Part shown: positions 35,877-45,257 of the stretch, in pieces
Layout of the letters: every line of letters starts with the position of its first letter
How positions within the stretch are numbered: position 1 is the first letter of the stretch
Source of the DNA: Gammaproteobacteria bacterium
GTDB taxonomy: Bacteria; Pseudomonadota; Gammaproteobacteria; Natronospirales; REEB76
DNA: 64,000 nucleotides
NCBI GenBank assembly: GCA_049591455.1
Contig: JBAWFA010000015.1
Coordinates: forward strand, 75,143-139,142
Direction of reading: 5' to 3'
The notes under the pieces: generated by a model
Told to the model about the DNA's origin: nothing
The model's database searches: none
What the model saw: the letters and a program-made list of their open reading frames with translations, nothing else
Program-made: the position numbers and the translations under genes

Positions 35877-38800
35877 TTATGGAGGCGAACTTTTGCCATC
35901 GCTCTCGCCGGCACCTCCCACAAGCGGGAATATATTCTCGCGGACAAGCGTTTGATTGAATTGCGGCAGATCACTCTGCATCAGAGTTTGGTACTGCGCC
36001 CTGGCATCGCCCAGCCTCTGGTCGAGCAGCTGAAGGACCTGGATCGTCGCGTCGGTCGGGGGATAACCCGGATCGCCGTACACATCACCGGCACCGGTAC
36101 CCAATTCGCCGTTCAGCCAGATCAGGTGGAGGTACAGGCCGTAGTGGGCAAGGTAGCTTTTTTCGTCGCTGTTGGCGAGCGCCGGCGATAGCAGTTTGTT
36201 TTCCAGATCCTGGATCTTCTTGTCCATGTCCTTGATCGCCTGCAACGTTTTGCTGTGTGCGGATTTTTTATCGGCTTTCAGCATCGCCTCCACCGTCTGG
36301 AGTTGCTTCCGCAGCCACTCTGCCTGGTTCACCATGGCGGTTACGCTGGAAATATCACCCTGGATATGCAGCAGCAGCTTGACTCTGGCTTCGGTCTGCG
36401 CGGGTGTTTCCGGCGAGCGCGGGCTGGCCAGCACTTTGAATGTCTGGTCGTAGGTTTTGCCAGCGACCGTCACGCGCGCGGTGTAGGTGCCGGGCGCGAC
36501 CAGCGGACCGACTTCCGCTTCCTTGATGCCCCAGTGGGTGATCGGCCGCGAATCCTTGCCCATGAATCGCAACGCGTCCCAGACATGCGGATTCGTCGTG
36601 GGCGTGGTCCGCAGCATGATCAGTTTCGGTGGTGCATAACGGAGATCCCAGTACACGCGATTGATGCCCGTGTGTACCTGCGCATCGGGGTCATGCGCCC
36701 AGTGTCCCTCCTTATATGTGGGGTTGAGTCCCGGCTTCTTTTCGTCCGCGACGAGCTTGAGCTCGCGCACCACCTTCCCGTCCGCATCCAGTATGGCGAC
36801 CTTGATGCCCGCCGTGGCCTTCTCCTCTTTTAGCTTTTTCTCATTTTCCTCATCGTCTTTGCTGTTCGTGGTTTCCTTCACCTTGGGTACGGAGTCAAGC
36901 CAGAAGGCAATGAAGGCATGCGCGCCATTGAAGAAGCGATACGCCGGCCGCGACTTGAAAACCCGGACCGGCGCAGTGGCGCCGCTGTTTGCCAAGCGTT
37001 CCAGCGGACTGATGTCTTCCAGCACGTAGATGCCGCGCCCGTACGTGGAAACCACCAGATCGTGGAACGGCTTCTGCACCGTTTCCCAGGAGACCGGCGC
37101 ATGCGGCAGGCCCGCTTGTAACGGCATCCAGTTTCCACCCGCGTCAAACGAAACATACAACGCGTTGCCGGTCCCGGCGAAAAGCAGGTTCTTGTTGTAC
37201 GGATCCTGCGCCACCGAGCTCACATTGCTTGTGGGGCTGACCGGAATGCCATGCACGATGAGCTTCCAGCTTTGTCCGAAGTTCGTGGTTTCGTAAATAT
37301 ACGGCTTGCTATCGCCCATCAGGGCAAGGTCCACCGCGATATAAGCGGTCCCGGCATCGAAGTGCGAGGGTTCTATGCGGCTGACCGTTCCCCATGGCGG
37401 TAAGTTGGGGATGTTCTTGGTAACGTTGGTCCAATGGCCACCGGCATCGCGCGTCAACCAGATTTGTCCATCGTTCGTACCCGCCCAGATCAGCCCTTTC
37501 TGCACCGATGAGGGCGCAATGGCGAATACAAGCTCACCGTAGAATTGCCCCAAGTTGTCCTGCCGGCGTATTTTGCCCTTGTCCGGGATGCCACCCGATG
37601 GCACGAGATATTTGGGATTGTGCGTTGAAAGGTCGGGGCTGATCACGCTCCAGCTCTGGCCGCCATTTGTCGTCTTGAAAATCACCTGACAACCGTAATA
37701 CACGGTGTTGTGGTCGAACGGATCGATTGCCAAGGGTGGCGTCCAATGGCAACGGTATTTCAGATCCTCCGGGGGCGAATCAAGCGAATGCAGGGGCCAC
37801 GGGCTTACCGCCCGTGGATAACCGACCTTGGTGTCGAGGCGGGTGATCTCATTCCCGTAGCACGTGCTCCAGATGATGTCGGCATCGGTCGGATCCGGAT
37901 AAGTGAAGCCGGATTCACACCCGCCCAGCGGTTCCTGCCAGCCGGCATTGAGCTCCCCGATGCCGCCAAGCAGCGGCGTGGAGTCCGGATAAGCCGGCCC
38001 GCGTTCGGCGTCGTCATCCTGCATGTTGGTATACACCCAATAGGGCACCTGGTTGTCGACGGCCACGTGATACATCTGGCCGATAGGCAGCGTCACGTGA
38101 TGCCAGTTTTCGCCGCCGGTGGTGCTGATTTCAACCCCGCCGTCATCGCTGATCATGATCCGATTGGAGTTGCTTGGATCGAACCAGATATCGTGGTTGT
38201 CACCGCCCCAGTGCTTTTCCTGGAATGTTTTGCCCCCGTCCCCGGACACATAGAAGCCGTTGCTGGCCACGAAGATTTTGTCTTCGTCTGTCGGAGAGAC
38301 GGCGAGACGCACGCAATAGCCGGCGCGTTCCGTCAGCAGCCGGCTATAGTTCTCGACATTCCAATGCTTGCCGCCGTCGTCGGAACGCCACAGTGAACCC
38401 TGTTGCGCGGTCTCGATGAGGGCGTACACGCGGTCGGGATTGGACGGCGCGATGGCCACATCAATTTTGCCGAGGGGCGCGTCCGGCAGGCCGTGGTCCT
38501 TGATTTGCTTCCAGGTGTTACCACCATCATGCGAAACATAAACGCCACTTGACGGGCCGCCGCTGGTCATCGCCCAGGGGCGAATCATCCACTGCCACAT
38601 GCCGGCAAACAGAATGTGCGGATCTTGCGGGTCCATTGCCAGGCCGGAACAGCCAGTGTTGCCGCTGACGAACAGTGTGTGCTTCCAGGTCTTGCCGGCG
38701 TCGTCGGTGCGCCACACACCGCGGGACTGCTCCGGACGCGTGCCCGTACCCATGGCGCAAACGAAAATGTTTTGCGAATCATGGGGGTTGACCACGATGC

Positions 38801-39251
38801 GGGCAATCAGCCCTGTGTCATCCAAACCCATATGCGTCCAGTTGCGGCCGCCGTCGCTCGACTTGTAAACACCGTCGCCTGGCGTAATGCCATTGCGGAT
38901 CACCCAGGGTTCGCCGGTGCCGACCCAGATCACCGAATGCTGGTTCGGATCGACCGCCAGGGCGCCAATCGACTGCACTGGTTGCTTGTCGAAAATCGGT
39001 TTGAACTTATAGCCGCCATCGGTCGATTTCCAGACACCACCGGAGGCGGCACCGATGTAATAGACGTTCGGATCGCCGGGAACGCCGACCACAGCGCTCG
39101 CGCGGTTGCCGCGATCCGGACCGACGAAGCGGAATCGAAGCGACGTGAGATCCTTGGCAGTGACGTCGTGGGTCCCGGCAGCGCGCGGCGCACCGGCGAT
39201 CGCCAACAGGAAAAGTAGGACCAACCACGTCATGGATACTCGGGCTTTCAT
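35877..39251 (-). CDS. Large secreted BNR/Asp-box repeat (sortilin/VPS10-like beta-propeller) protein
   Basis: 1124 aa with a signal peptide and at least 10 SxDxGxTW-type boxes (STDGGYKF, SSDGGRNW, TDDAGKTW, SHDGGNTW, SDDGGKHW, SGDGGKTF, TTNGGQSW, TRDAGGHW, TTNFGQSW, SFDAGGNW). Confidence 0.8.
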   Translation of the reverse strand: MKARVSMTWLVLLFLLAIAGAPRAAGTHDVTAKDLTSLRFRFVGPDRGNRASAVVGVPGDPNVYYIGAASGGVWKSTDGGYKFKPIFDKQPVQSIGALAVDPNQHSVIWVGTGEPWVIRNGITPGDGVYKSSDGGRNWTHMGLDDTGLIARIVVNPHDSQNIFVCAMGTGTRPEQSRGVWRTDDAGKTWKHTLFVSGNTGCSGLAMDPQDPHILFAGMWQWMIRPWAMTSGGPSSGVYVSHDGGNTWKQIKDHGLPDAPLGKIDVAIAPSNPDRVYALIETAQQGSLWRSDDGGKHWNVENYSRLLTERAGYCVRLAVSPTDEDKIFVASNGFYVSGDGGKTFQEKHWGGDNHDIWFDPSNSNRIMISDDGGVEISTTGGENWHHVTLPIGQMYHVAVDNQVPYWVYTNMQDDDAERGPAYPDSTPLLGGIGELNAGWQEPLGGCESGFTYPDPTDADIIWSTCYGNEITRLDTKVGYPRAVSPWPLHSLDSPPEDLKYRCHWTPPLAIDPFDHNTVYYGCQVIFKTTNGGQSWSVISPDLSTHNPKYLVPSGGIPDKGKIRRQDNLGQFYGELVFAIAPSSVQKGLIWAGTNDGQIWLTRDAGGHWTNVTKNIPNLPPWGTVSRIEPSHFDAGTAYIAVDLALMGDSKPYIYETTNFGQSWKLIVHGIPVSPTSNVSSVAQDPYNKNLLFAGTGNALYVSFDAGGNWMPLQAGLPHAPVSWETVQKPFHDLVVSTYGRGIYVLEDISPLERLANSGATAPVRVFKSRPAYRFFNGAHAFIAFWLDSVPKVKETTNSKDDEENEKKLKEEKATAGIKVAILDADGKVVRELKLVADEKKPGLNPTYKEGHWAHDPDAQVHTGINRVYWDLRYAPPKLIMLRTTPTTNPHVWDALRFMGKDSRPITHWGIKEAEVGPLVAPGTYTARVTVAGKTYDQTFKVLASPRSPETPAQTEARVKLLLHIQGDISSVTAMVNQAEWLRKQLQTVEAMLKADKKSAHSKTLQAIKDMDKKIQDLENKLLSPALANSDEKSYLAHYGLYLHLIWLNGELGTGAGDVYGDPGYPPTDATIQVLQLLDQRLGDARAQYQTLMQSDLPQFNQTLVRENIFPLVGGAGESDGKSSPP

Positions 39252-39525
39252 CTGAGTCTCTCCTTCGAAGCGTTTAGCAGTTTGTTGAAATATACTTTTG
39301 ATTTTCCACTGATCTTGGTTTGAGAGGTATCACGAATCAGTGGCGACACACTTGCGATTGCCCATATCGAGATCTCCGCTAGCAAACCCGCATCACTCAA
39401 TCGAATCTGACCCTATTAATCTTGATCTAGTTCACATTGGAACCTGAGCAGTGCCTTTGACAGCCAATTGATGAAGCTGGCTGAACGCGTTGCTGTAATC
39501 ACCAACCCGTTCAACCGACCATGAG

Positions 39526-39643
39526 CTACATGTTCCTTCGGTATTCCCCGCCCACTTCATACAGCGCATGACTGATCTGCCCTGGCGTGTTGTACTTCAC
39601 CGCTTCCATCAACGAAGTGAGGATGTTCTTGGGGTCGCGGGCG
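39526..39643 (-). pseudogene. Displaced icmF 3'-end fragment (F1; 38 codons + stop)
   Basis: Translates [39 protein letters not shown], versus the intact icmF end [38 protein letters not shown]. About 80% nt identity, with differences mostly at third codon positions. Confidence 0.85.
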
Positions 39644-39644
39644 A

Positions 39645-39842
39645 CTACAATCTGAATACCCGGTATTTTTCCGGTGGCCGCGCTGGCCATTTCGGGCACA
39701 GGGCTTCGACAACCTCCATGAGGTCCACCCAGTCGGACAAATCCAATTTGGCTGGCAAGGATGTCTTCATGACAGCGTTCCCAACCAGCGGATGGCTATC
39801 CCGGTCAGTCATTGTCATTCGCGATTTCGGCAAGCCACTCAT
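39645..39842 (-). CDS. Small hypothetical protein (65 aa), third gene of the NTase cassette
   Basis: MSGLPKSRMTMTDRDSHPLVGN...DWVDLMEVVEALCPKWPARPPEKYRVFRL. Its ATG overlaps the upstream stop (ATGA). Its stop abuts fragment F1. Confidence 0.4.
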   Translation of the reverse strand: MSGLPKSRMTMTDRDSHPLVGNAVMKTSLPAKLDLSDWVDLMEVVEALCPKWPARPPEKYRVFRL

Positions 39843-40027
39843 CTGTTGTCTACTGGTGGAACGGGTTCCCGTAACTGCTTGATAACACCCGAGCGCCATG
39901 CGAAATCCAGCATGTCCTCAAACGATCGAATCTTGTCGTCAGTGGTCATGCGGATACCATCCAACAAATGGTTATGCTCTGCATCTTCGAACGTACACTT
40001 CAGATCACTTTGGCTTTCAGATTTCAC
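39839..40027 (-). CDS. Small hypothetical protein (62 aa), second gene of the NTase cassette
   Basis: (GTG start) KSESQSDLKCTFEDAEHNHLLDGIRMTTDDKIRSFEDMLDFAWRSGV. The start overlaps the NTase stop. Confidence 0.4.
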   Translation of the reverse strand: MKSESQSDLKCTFEDAEHNHLLDGIRMTTDDKIRSFEDMLDFAWRSGVIKQLREPVPPVDNR

Positions 40028-40542
40028 TATGCTCGACCTTCACTGTAGGACATCTGGCGCTGTATTTCCCGCAATTTCTCAATGTCGTCCTCGTCCCGTA
40101 CACGATGTGTACCGCTCTTCATTTCTATCAAATGGGCAATACTGGCTACCCTGATTGGTACGCCATCATAGACCTTGACAATCGAGTCATGCCACAAGTC
40201 CGTGAATTTCACAGGTTCGTGCACGAAAACATCTATGGATCGCTGAGCATTCTTGGGATCCCAGAGCTGGAAAACCATCATATGCTTGTTTCGGTACCAA
40301 TCCTCACGCTTCTTGGGATCGGCAAAATCCTGCATGACGACCGGCAGGCGCGGCTTGAGTCCGATGCTCTCCAGGGTTTCGAGTGCCTTCCTGCAATTCA
40401 CCGGGTCCAGATCAATCACGAGATCCAAGTCCTGGGTCAAGCGAATGTGGCCATGCAATATGACCGCCAATCCGCCCACAACCACGTAACGCACCTGCGC
40501 CTTGTCCAAGGCGGTAAAAATTTCATGCACGTTAAAGGCCAT
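40027..40542 (-). CDS. Minimal nucleotidyltransferase-fold protein (AbiEii/MNT-like)
   Basis: Start moved to MAFNVHEIFTALDKAQVRYVVVGGLAVILHGHIRLTQDLDLVIDLD (G[GS]x9-13DxD NTase motif). The listed longer ORF would overlap icmF. Confidence 0.65.
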   Translation of the reverse strand: MAFNVHEIFTALDKAQVRYVVVGGLAVILHGHIRLTQDLDLVIDLDPVNCRKALETLESIGLKPRLPVVMQDFADPKKREDWYRNKHMMVFQLWDPKNAQRSIDVFVHEPVKFTDLWHDSIVKVYDGVPIRVASIAHLIEMKSGTHRVRDEDDIEKLREIQRQMSYSEGRA

Positions 40543-40570
40543 ACTTTTTGATCGCCCAGTTACTTTCGTG

Positions 40571-43500
40571 CTACATATTCCTTCTATATTCGCCACCAAC
40601 TTCATACAGTGCATGGGATATCTGCCCCAGCGAGTTGTACTTCACTGCTTGCATCAACGAGGTGAAAATATTTTTGCGATCGCGGGCAGTTTGCTGCAGC
40701 AGTTTGAGGCTGTCTGTCCCGCGTGAATTACGCGCCTCACGATAGCTCTCCACGTTCTCGATTTGTTTGCGCTTCTCGCCCTCGGTGGAACGGATCAGCT
40801 CGATCTTGGTGACGATATCGCCGGCGTGTTCCTTGGGCAGGAAGGTGTTGACGCCCACCAGCGGCAACGAACCGTCGTGCTTCTTCTGTTCGTAGTACAG
40901 GCTTTCTTCCTGGATCTTGCCGCGCTGGTACATGGTGTCCATAGCGCCCAGCACGCCGCCGCGCTCGGAAATGGACTCGAACTCCTTATATACCGCCTCC
41001 TCCACCAGGTCCGTGAGCTGTTCGATGACGAAGCTACCCTGCCAGGGGTTCTCGTTGAAGTTCAGCCCCAGCTCGCGGTTGATGATGAGCTGGATGGCCA
41101 CGGCGCGGCGCACGCTCTCTTCAGTGGGCGTGGTGATGGCTTCATCATAGGCGTTGGTGTGCAGGCTGTTGCAGTTATCAAACAGCGCATACAAAGCCTG
41201 CAAGGTGGTACGGATATCGTTGAACTGGATTTCCTGGGCATGCAGCGAACGGCCGGAAGTCTGGATGTGGTATTTCATCATCTGGCTGCGGGCCGAGGCG
41301 CCGTAGCGTTCACGCATGGCGCGCGCCCAGATACGCCGCGCCACCCGGCCGATGACGCTGTACTCCGGGTCCATGCCATTCGAAAAGAAGAACGAAAGGT
41401 TGGGCGCGAAGTCGTCGATCTTCATACCGCGTGCCAGGTAATACTCCACAATGGTGAAGCCGTTACTGAGCGTGAAGGCGAGCTGCGAAATGGGGTTCGC
41501 GCCGGCTTCGGCGATATGATAGCCGGAAATGGATACCGAATAGAAGTTGCGGACCTTGTGGTCCACGAAATATTGCTGGATGTCACCCATCATGCGCAGC
41601 GCGAACTCGGTAGAGAAGATGCAGGTGTTCTGAGCCTGATCCTCTTTCAGGATGTCTGCCTGCACGGTGCCGCGCACTTTGTGCAGCGTCTCGGCCTTGA
41701 TGCGCGCGTAGGTTTCTGCGTCCACCACTTCGTCACTGGTGACGCCCAGCAATCCCAAGCCCAGACCATCGTTACCTTCCGGCAGTTCGCCGGCGTACTG
41801 CGGACGCGGTTTGTCTCTATATATAGAGGCAACTTTCTTTTCGGCCGCTTCCCAGCGCTTTGTGTCTTCCTTGAAATACTTCTCCACCTGCTGATCAATC
41901 GCCGTGTTCATGAACATGGCCAGGATCATGGGCGCGGGGCCGTTGATGGTCATGGACACGGAGGTCTTGGGGTCGCACAGATCAAAGCCCGAGTAGAGCT
42001 TCTTCATGTCGTTGAGGCTGGCGATACTGACACCCGAATTGCCCACCTTGCCGTAGATATCCGGACGCTCCGCCGGGTCTTCGCCGTAGAGTGTGACGGA
42101 ATCAAAGGCGGTGGAAAGTCGTGCCGAATCCTGGCCGTGGGAGAGGTAATGGAAGCGGCGGTTGGTGCGCTCCGGCGTGCCTTCGCCCGCGAACATGCGC
42201 GTCGGGTCTTCGCCGATGCGGCGGTAAGGATACACGCCCGCAGTGTAGGGATAGGCGCCCGGCAGGTTCTCGCGCATCAGAAAGCGCAGCAGGTCCGCCC
42301 AACTTTTGTACACGGGCGGTGCAATCTTCGGCACCTTGGTGCGGCTCAGGGATTCAGTGTAGTTGCTGCCCTGGATGGCTTTGCCGCGCACTTCATAGGT
42401 GTAATGCTCGTCGGTAATGCTTTTCAGACGCTGCGGCCATTCACGCAACAGATGCAGGACTTCAGTGGAGAGTTCCTTGACGGCTTCGTTGTAGCGCTGG
42501 CGCAGCACAATCAAAGAAGAATCGGTTCCTGAATCTGATATGGGCTGGACCCCGGCTTTTGCCGGGATGGCGGCGTGCAAATCATTTGATTCATACAAGT
42601 CCAGCGGCTTTCGCAGGCCCGGATCGTTGAGATCACGCAGAACTTCATAGAAATGCTGGGCGCGACCGGCCGTCTCTGCCTGCCGGTCAATGTCCTGGTT
42701 AATGCCGCGGCCCTGTTCGGAAATCTCGGCGAGATAGCGCACGCGCGCGCCGGGGATCAGCACCGTGGCGCGTGGTTCCTTGATGGAAACATCCACCTGT
42801 GGCGTCCACTTGTCCGCCGGCAAATGTAATTTTTCTCGCAGCAGCCGGCACAGGTTCACGAACATCCAGGTGATACCGGGGTCATTGAACTGGCTGGCGA
42901 TGGTGGGATATACAGGTACATCTTCGTCCTTGAGTTTGAAGGCGGTGCGATTGCGCTTCCATTGTTTTTTGACGTCGCGCAGCGCGTCATCGGCGCCGCG
43001 GCGGTCGAACTTGTTGAGCACCACCAGTTCCGCGTAATCCAGCATGTCAATTTTTTCGAGCTGACTGGCCGCGCCGTAGTCGCTGGTCATCACGTAGCTG
43101 GAAAAATCCACCATGTCCACGATCTCGGAATCGCTTTGACCGATGCCCGCGGTCTCAACGAGAATCAAGTCATAGCCCTGGCCACGCAAAAAATGGATGC
43201 AGTCCTTGAGCATTTCGTTGGTGGCAGCGTGCAGGCGGCGCGTAGCCATGGAGCGCATGAATACGTGCTTGTTACGCAGCGCGTTCATGCGAATGCGGTC
43301 ACCCAGCAGTGCGCCGCCGGTGCGGCGGCGCGTGGGGTCCACCGCCAGCACCGCGACACGCATCTGCGGAAATGCATGCAGGAAGCGCAACAGCAGTTCG
43401 TCCACCACCGAGGACTTGCCCGCGCCGCCGGTGCCAGTGACGCCCACCACCGGCACTTTCTTGCCGGCGAGATCCCATTGCTTGCGCAACCGTGTCAGCT

Positions 43501-44062
43501 CGGTGTCGCCGATGATCCCCGCTTCGATGGCGGTGAGCATGCGCCCTACGGAGATTTCGTCGTCGGTTGAAACTTTCGCGGGCTTTTGTGGTTCCAGCCG
43601 GTGCTTCTGTACCCGCTCCACCACGTCCTCAATCATCTGGGACAGGCCCATGTGCATGCCGTCATTGGGGTGATAGATGCGCTCCACGCCGTACGCCTGG
43701 AGTTCAGCGATTTCTTCCGGGGTGATGGTGCCGCCGCCGCCGCCGAACACGCGGATGTGGGCCGCGCCGCGCTCGCGTAGCATGTCCACCATGTATTTGA
43801 AGTATTCGAGATGACCACCCTGGTAGGAGCTGATGGCGATGGCGTCCGCGTCTTCCTGCAGAGCCGCGCGCACCACGTCTTCCACCGAGCGGTTATGGCC
43901 AAGGTGCACCACTTCCGCGCCCTGGCTCTGAATGATGCGGCGCATGATGTTGATGGCCGCGTCGTGGCCGTCGAACAGCGAGGCTGCCGTCACGAAGCGC
44001 AACGGCAGTTTGACCGGATGTGGTACCTGAGCTTCGCGGGGATTGGGGACGACAGTGCTCAT
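40571..44062 (-). CDS. icmF: Fused isobutyryl-CoA mutase IcmF (B12-binding domain + MeaB-like GTPase + mutase barrel)
   Basis: 1163 aa. N-terminal B12 domain ([16 protein letters not shown]), P-loop [10 protein letters not shown]-terminal acyl-CoA mutase domain. Confidence 0.9.
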   Translation of the reverse strand: MSTVVPNPREAQVPHPVKLPLRFVTAASLFDGHDAAINIMRRIIQSQGAEVVHLGHNRSVEDVVRAALQEDADAIAISSYQGGHLEYFKYMVDMLRERGAAHIRVFGGGGGTITPEEIAELQAYGVERIYHPNDGMHMGLSQMIEDVVERVQKHRLEPQKPAKVSTDDEISVGRMLTAIEAGIIGDTELTRLRKQWDLAGKKVPVVGVTGTGGAGKSSVVDELLLRFLHAFPQMRVAVLAVDPTRRRTGGALLGDRIRMNALRNKHVFMRSMATRRLHAATNEMLKDCIHFLRGQGYDLILVETAGIGQSDSEIVDMVDFSSYVMTSDYGAASQLEKIDMLDYAELVVLNKFDRRGADDALRDVKKQWKRNRTAFKLKDEDVPVYPTIASQFNDPGITWMFVNLCRLLREKLHLPADKWTPQVDVSIKEPRATVLIPGARVRYLAEISEQGRGINQDIDRQAETAGRAQHFYEVLRDLNDPGLRKPLDLYESNDLHAAIPAKAGVQPISDSGTDSSLIVLRQRYNEAVKELSTEVLHLLREWPQRLKSITDEHYTYEVRGKAIQGSNYTESLSRTKVPKIAPPVYKSWADLLRFLMRENLPGAYPYTAGVYPYRRIGEDPTRMFAGEGTPERTNRRFHYLSHGQDSARLSTAFDSVTLYGEDPAERPDIYGKVGNSGVSIASLNDMKKLYSGFDLCDPKTSVSMTINGPAPMILAMFMNTAIDQQVEKYFKEDTKRWEAAEKKVASIYRDKPRPQYAGELPEGNDGLGLGLLGVTSDEVVDAETYARIKAETLHKVRGTVQADILKEDQAQNTCIFSTEFALRMMGDIQQYFVDHKVRNFYSVSISGYHIAEAGANPISQLAFTLSNGFTIVEYYLARGMKIDDFAPNLSFFFSNGMDPEYSVIGRVARRIWARAMRERYGASARSQMMKYHIQTSGRSLHAQEIQFNDIRTTLQALYALFDNCNSLHTNAYDEAITTPTEESVRRAVAIQLIINRELGLNFNENPWQGSFVIEQLTDLVEEAVYKEFESISERGGVLGAMDTMYQRGKIQEESLYYEQKKHDGSLPLVGVNTFLPKEHAGDIVTKIELIRSTEGEKRKQIENVESYREARNSRGTDSLKLLQQTARDRKNIFTSLMQAVKYNSLGQISHALYEVGGEYRRNM
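42544..42573. repeat. Type-1 REP palindrome embedded in frame inside icmF
   Basis: GCTGGACCCCGGCTTTTGCCGGGATGGCGG on the plus strand. On the coding strand it encodes [11 protein letters not shown] in the segment between the GTPase and mutase domains. Confidence 0.7.
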
Positions 44063-44136
44063 GCGGGCCTCGGATACAGGGCGGCTTTGGCATTATACCG
44101 GTGCGCCCCGTGCCCGACTGGCCGCAGGGCCAAAAC

Positions 44137-45000
44137 TCAGTTGAAGCGCGTTCGGACCTCGCGCAGCGAGCGGATCATGGCATAGCCGCCGGCACCAATC
44201 GGCACCAGCACCGCCAGCAAAAACCCGGCGTCCAAGTGTGCGAGATTGTGTACCCGGATACCCGTATTCACGCCAATATCGCCCAGTCCCGGGAACGCTA
44301 TGCCGGCAAGACCCAGGATAACGAACGCAATGCCACCCCAAAACAGTGTGCGCCCAGCCACAGTACGCGCCACCCAACTGCGCGCCGAATCAGCCATGCG
44401 ACGGCGCGCCATCCACGCACCCACCAGCGCGCCGAACAATATCTGCATCGCCATGGTGCCAAGACCAAACAACAACCCCGGCAGGAAACCAACATACGCA
44501 CTCGGCATGGCGGGCGCGAGCACGGTATAAACAATGAGCGCAAACGCGCCGGTGCCCCAACCGGCGATGAAACCGTGCACCAGCGGCATGTAACTCGGCA
44601 GCGCGCGTGGCTCTTCGGATTTGTCCAGGTTATGACTGTGGAAAAGATGCACCAGACGATGACGGTGTACCGCGTACCAGCCGGATACCAACATCACTGC
44701 GCCCACCACTATATAGATAACGTAATTCCAGCGCGCGCTGGGGATCAACCAACTGAGTGCAAAATAAGCGATCTCACTTGCAATCGCCCGCTGTACGGTG
44801 AAGGCGAGCGAGAACAGCAATCCAGTACGCATGCCGCCGCGTGAGCTGTAGCTGCCCACCGAATAACTGAACGTGATGGGCCAGGTGTGCTCGTCGGGCG
44901 TAATGCCATGGATAAGACCGAGGAAGAACGCGGTGACGAGCGCGATCCCCGGCCCGAGGCCGACTGCAGGGTTCCAGAGATTGAGGTTGAACAGGTCCAT
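44137..45000 (-). CDS. Integral membrane protein with His-rich loop (possible metal-ion transporter)
   Basis: Start moved to MDLFNLNLW... About 7 TM. HGITPDEH and LVHGFIAGWG motifs. Loop HRHRLVHLFHSHN. Function is inferred only. Confidence 0.5.
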   Translation of the reverse strand: MDLFNLNLWNPAVGLGPGIALVTAFFLGLIHGITPDEHTWPITFSYSVGSYSSRGGMRTGLLFSLAFTVQRAIASEIAYFALSWLIPSARWNYVIYIVVGAVMLVSGWYAVHRHRLVHLFHSHNLDKSEEPRALPSYMPLVHGFIAGWGTGAFALIVYTVLAPAMPSAYVGFLPGLLFGLGTMAMQILFGALVGAWMARRRMADSARSWVARTVAGRTLFWGGIAFVILGLAGIAFPGLGDIGVNTGIRVHNLAHLDAGFLLAVLVPIGAGGYAMIRSLREVRTRFN

Positions 45001-45257
45001 GAGCACCACAAGCTGAATCGAGTCGAATGCTGAAAAACGGGTTTTGGCGTTGCGGCCTATTATACTGACGCGCGTCAAGATGTTCGGCGGACGGCGCTGA
45101 ACGGTTATAATCATGTGCTTCCCCCGGCAGCTAGGGGTTTTATATGGGTTACGTCGCGGCTGTGCATGCCCGATCGATACCCGCCAGGCCGCGGCCTGTG
45201 CACCCATTCGCATTTTCAGTCCTGTTTAATAATCCGAATTCCAATTAAGGAGGTCGT

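Noticed and set aside
39839-39899. Apparent frameshift between ORFs 39839-40027 and 39645-39899
   Set aside because: An ATG overlapping the upstream stop (ATGA at about 39839-39842) gives a separately initiated 65-aa ORF. The arrangement is better explained as translational coupling than as a broken gene.
45001-45257. Cobalamin or NiCo riboswitch, or a clear sigma70 promoter, in the divergent region between the His-rich membrane protein gene and the Leu dehydrogenase gene
   Set aside because: No B12-box-like element or conserved riboswitch core could be recognised by eye. TTGACG and TATAAT hexamers occur, but only 8 nt apart. An Rfam scan is needed to decide.
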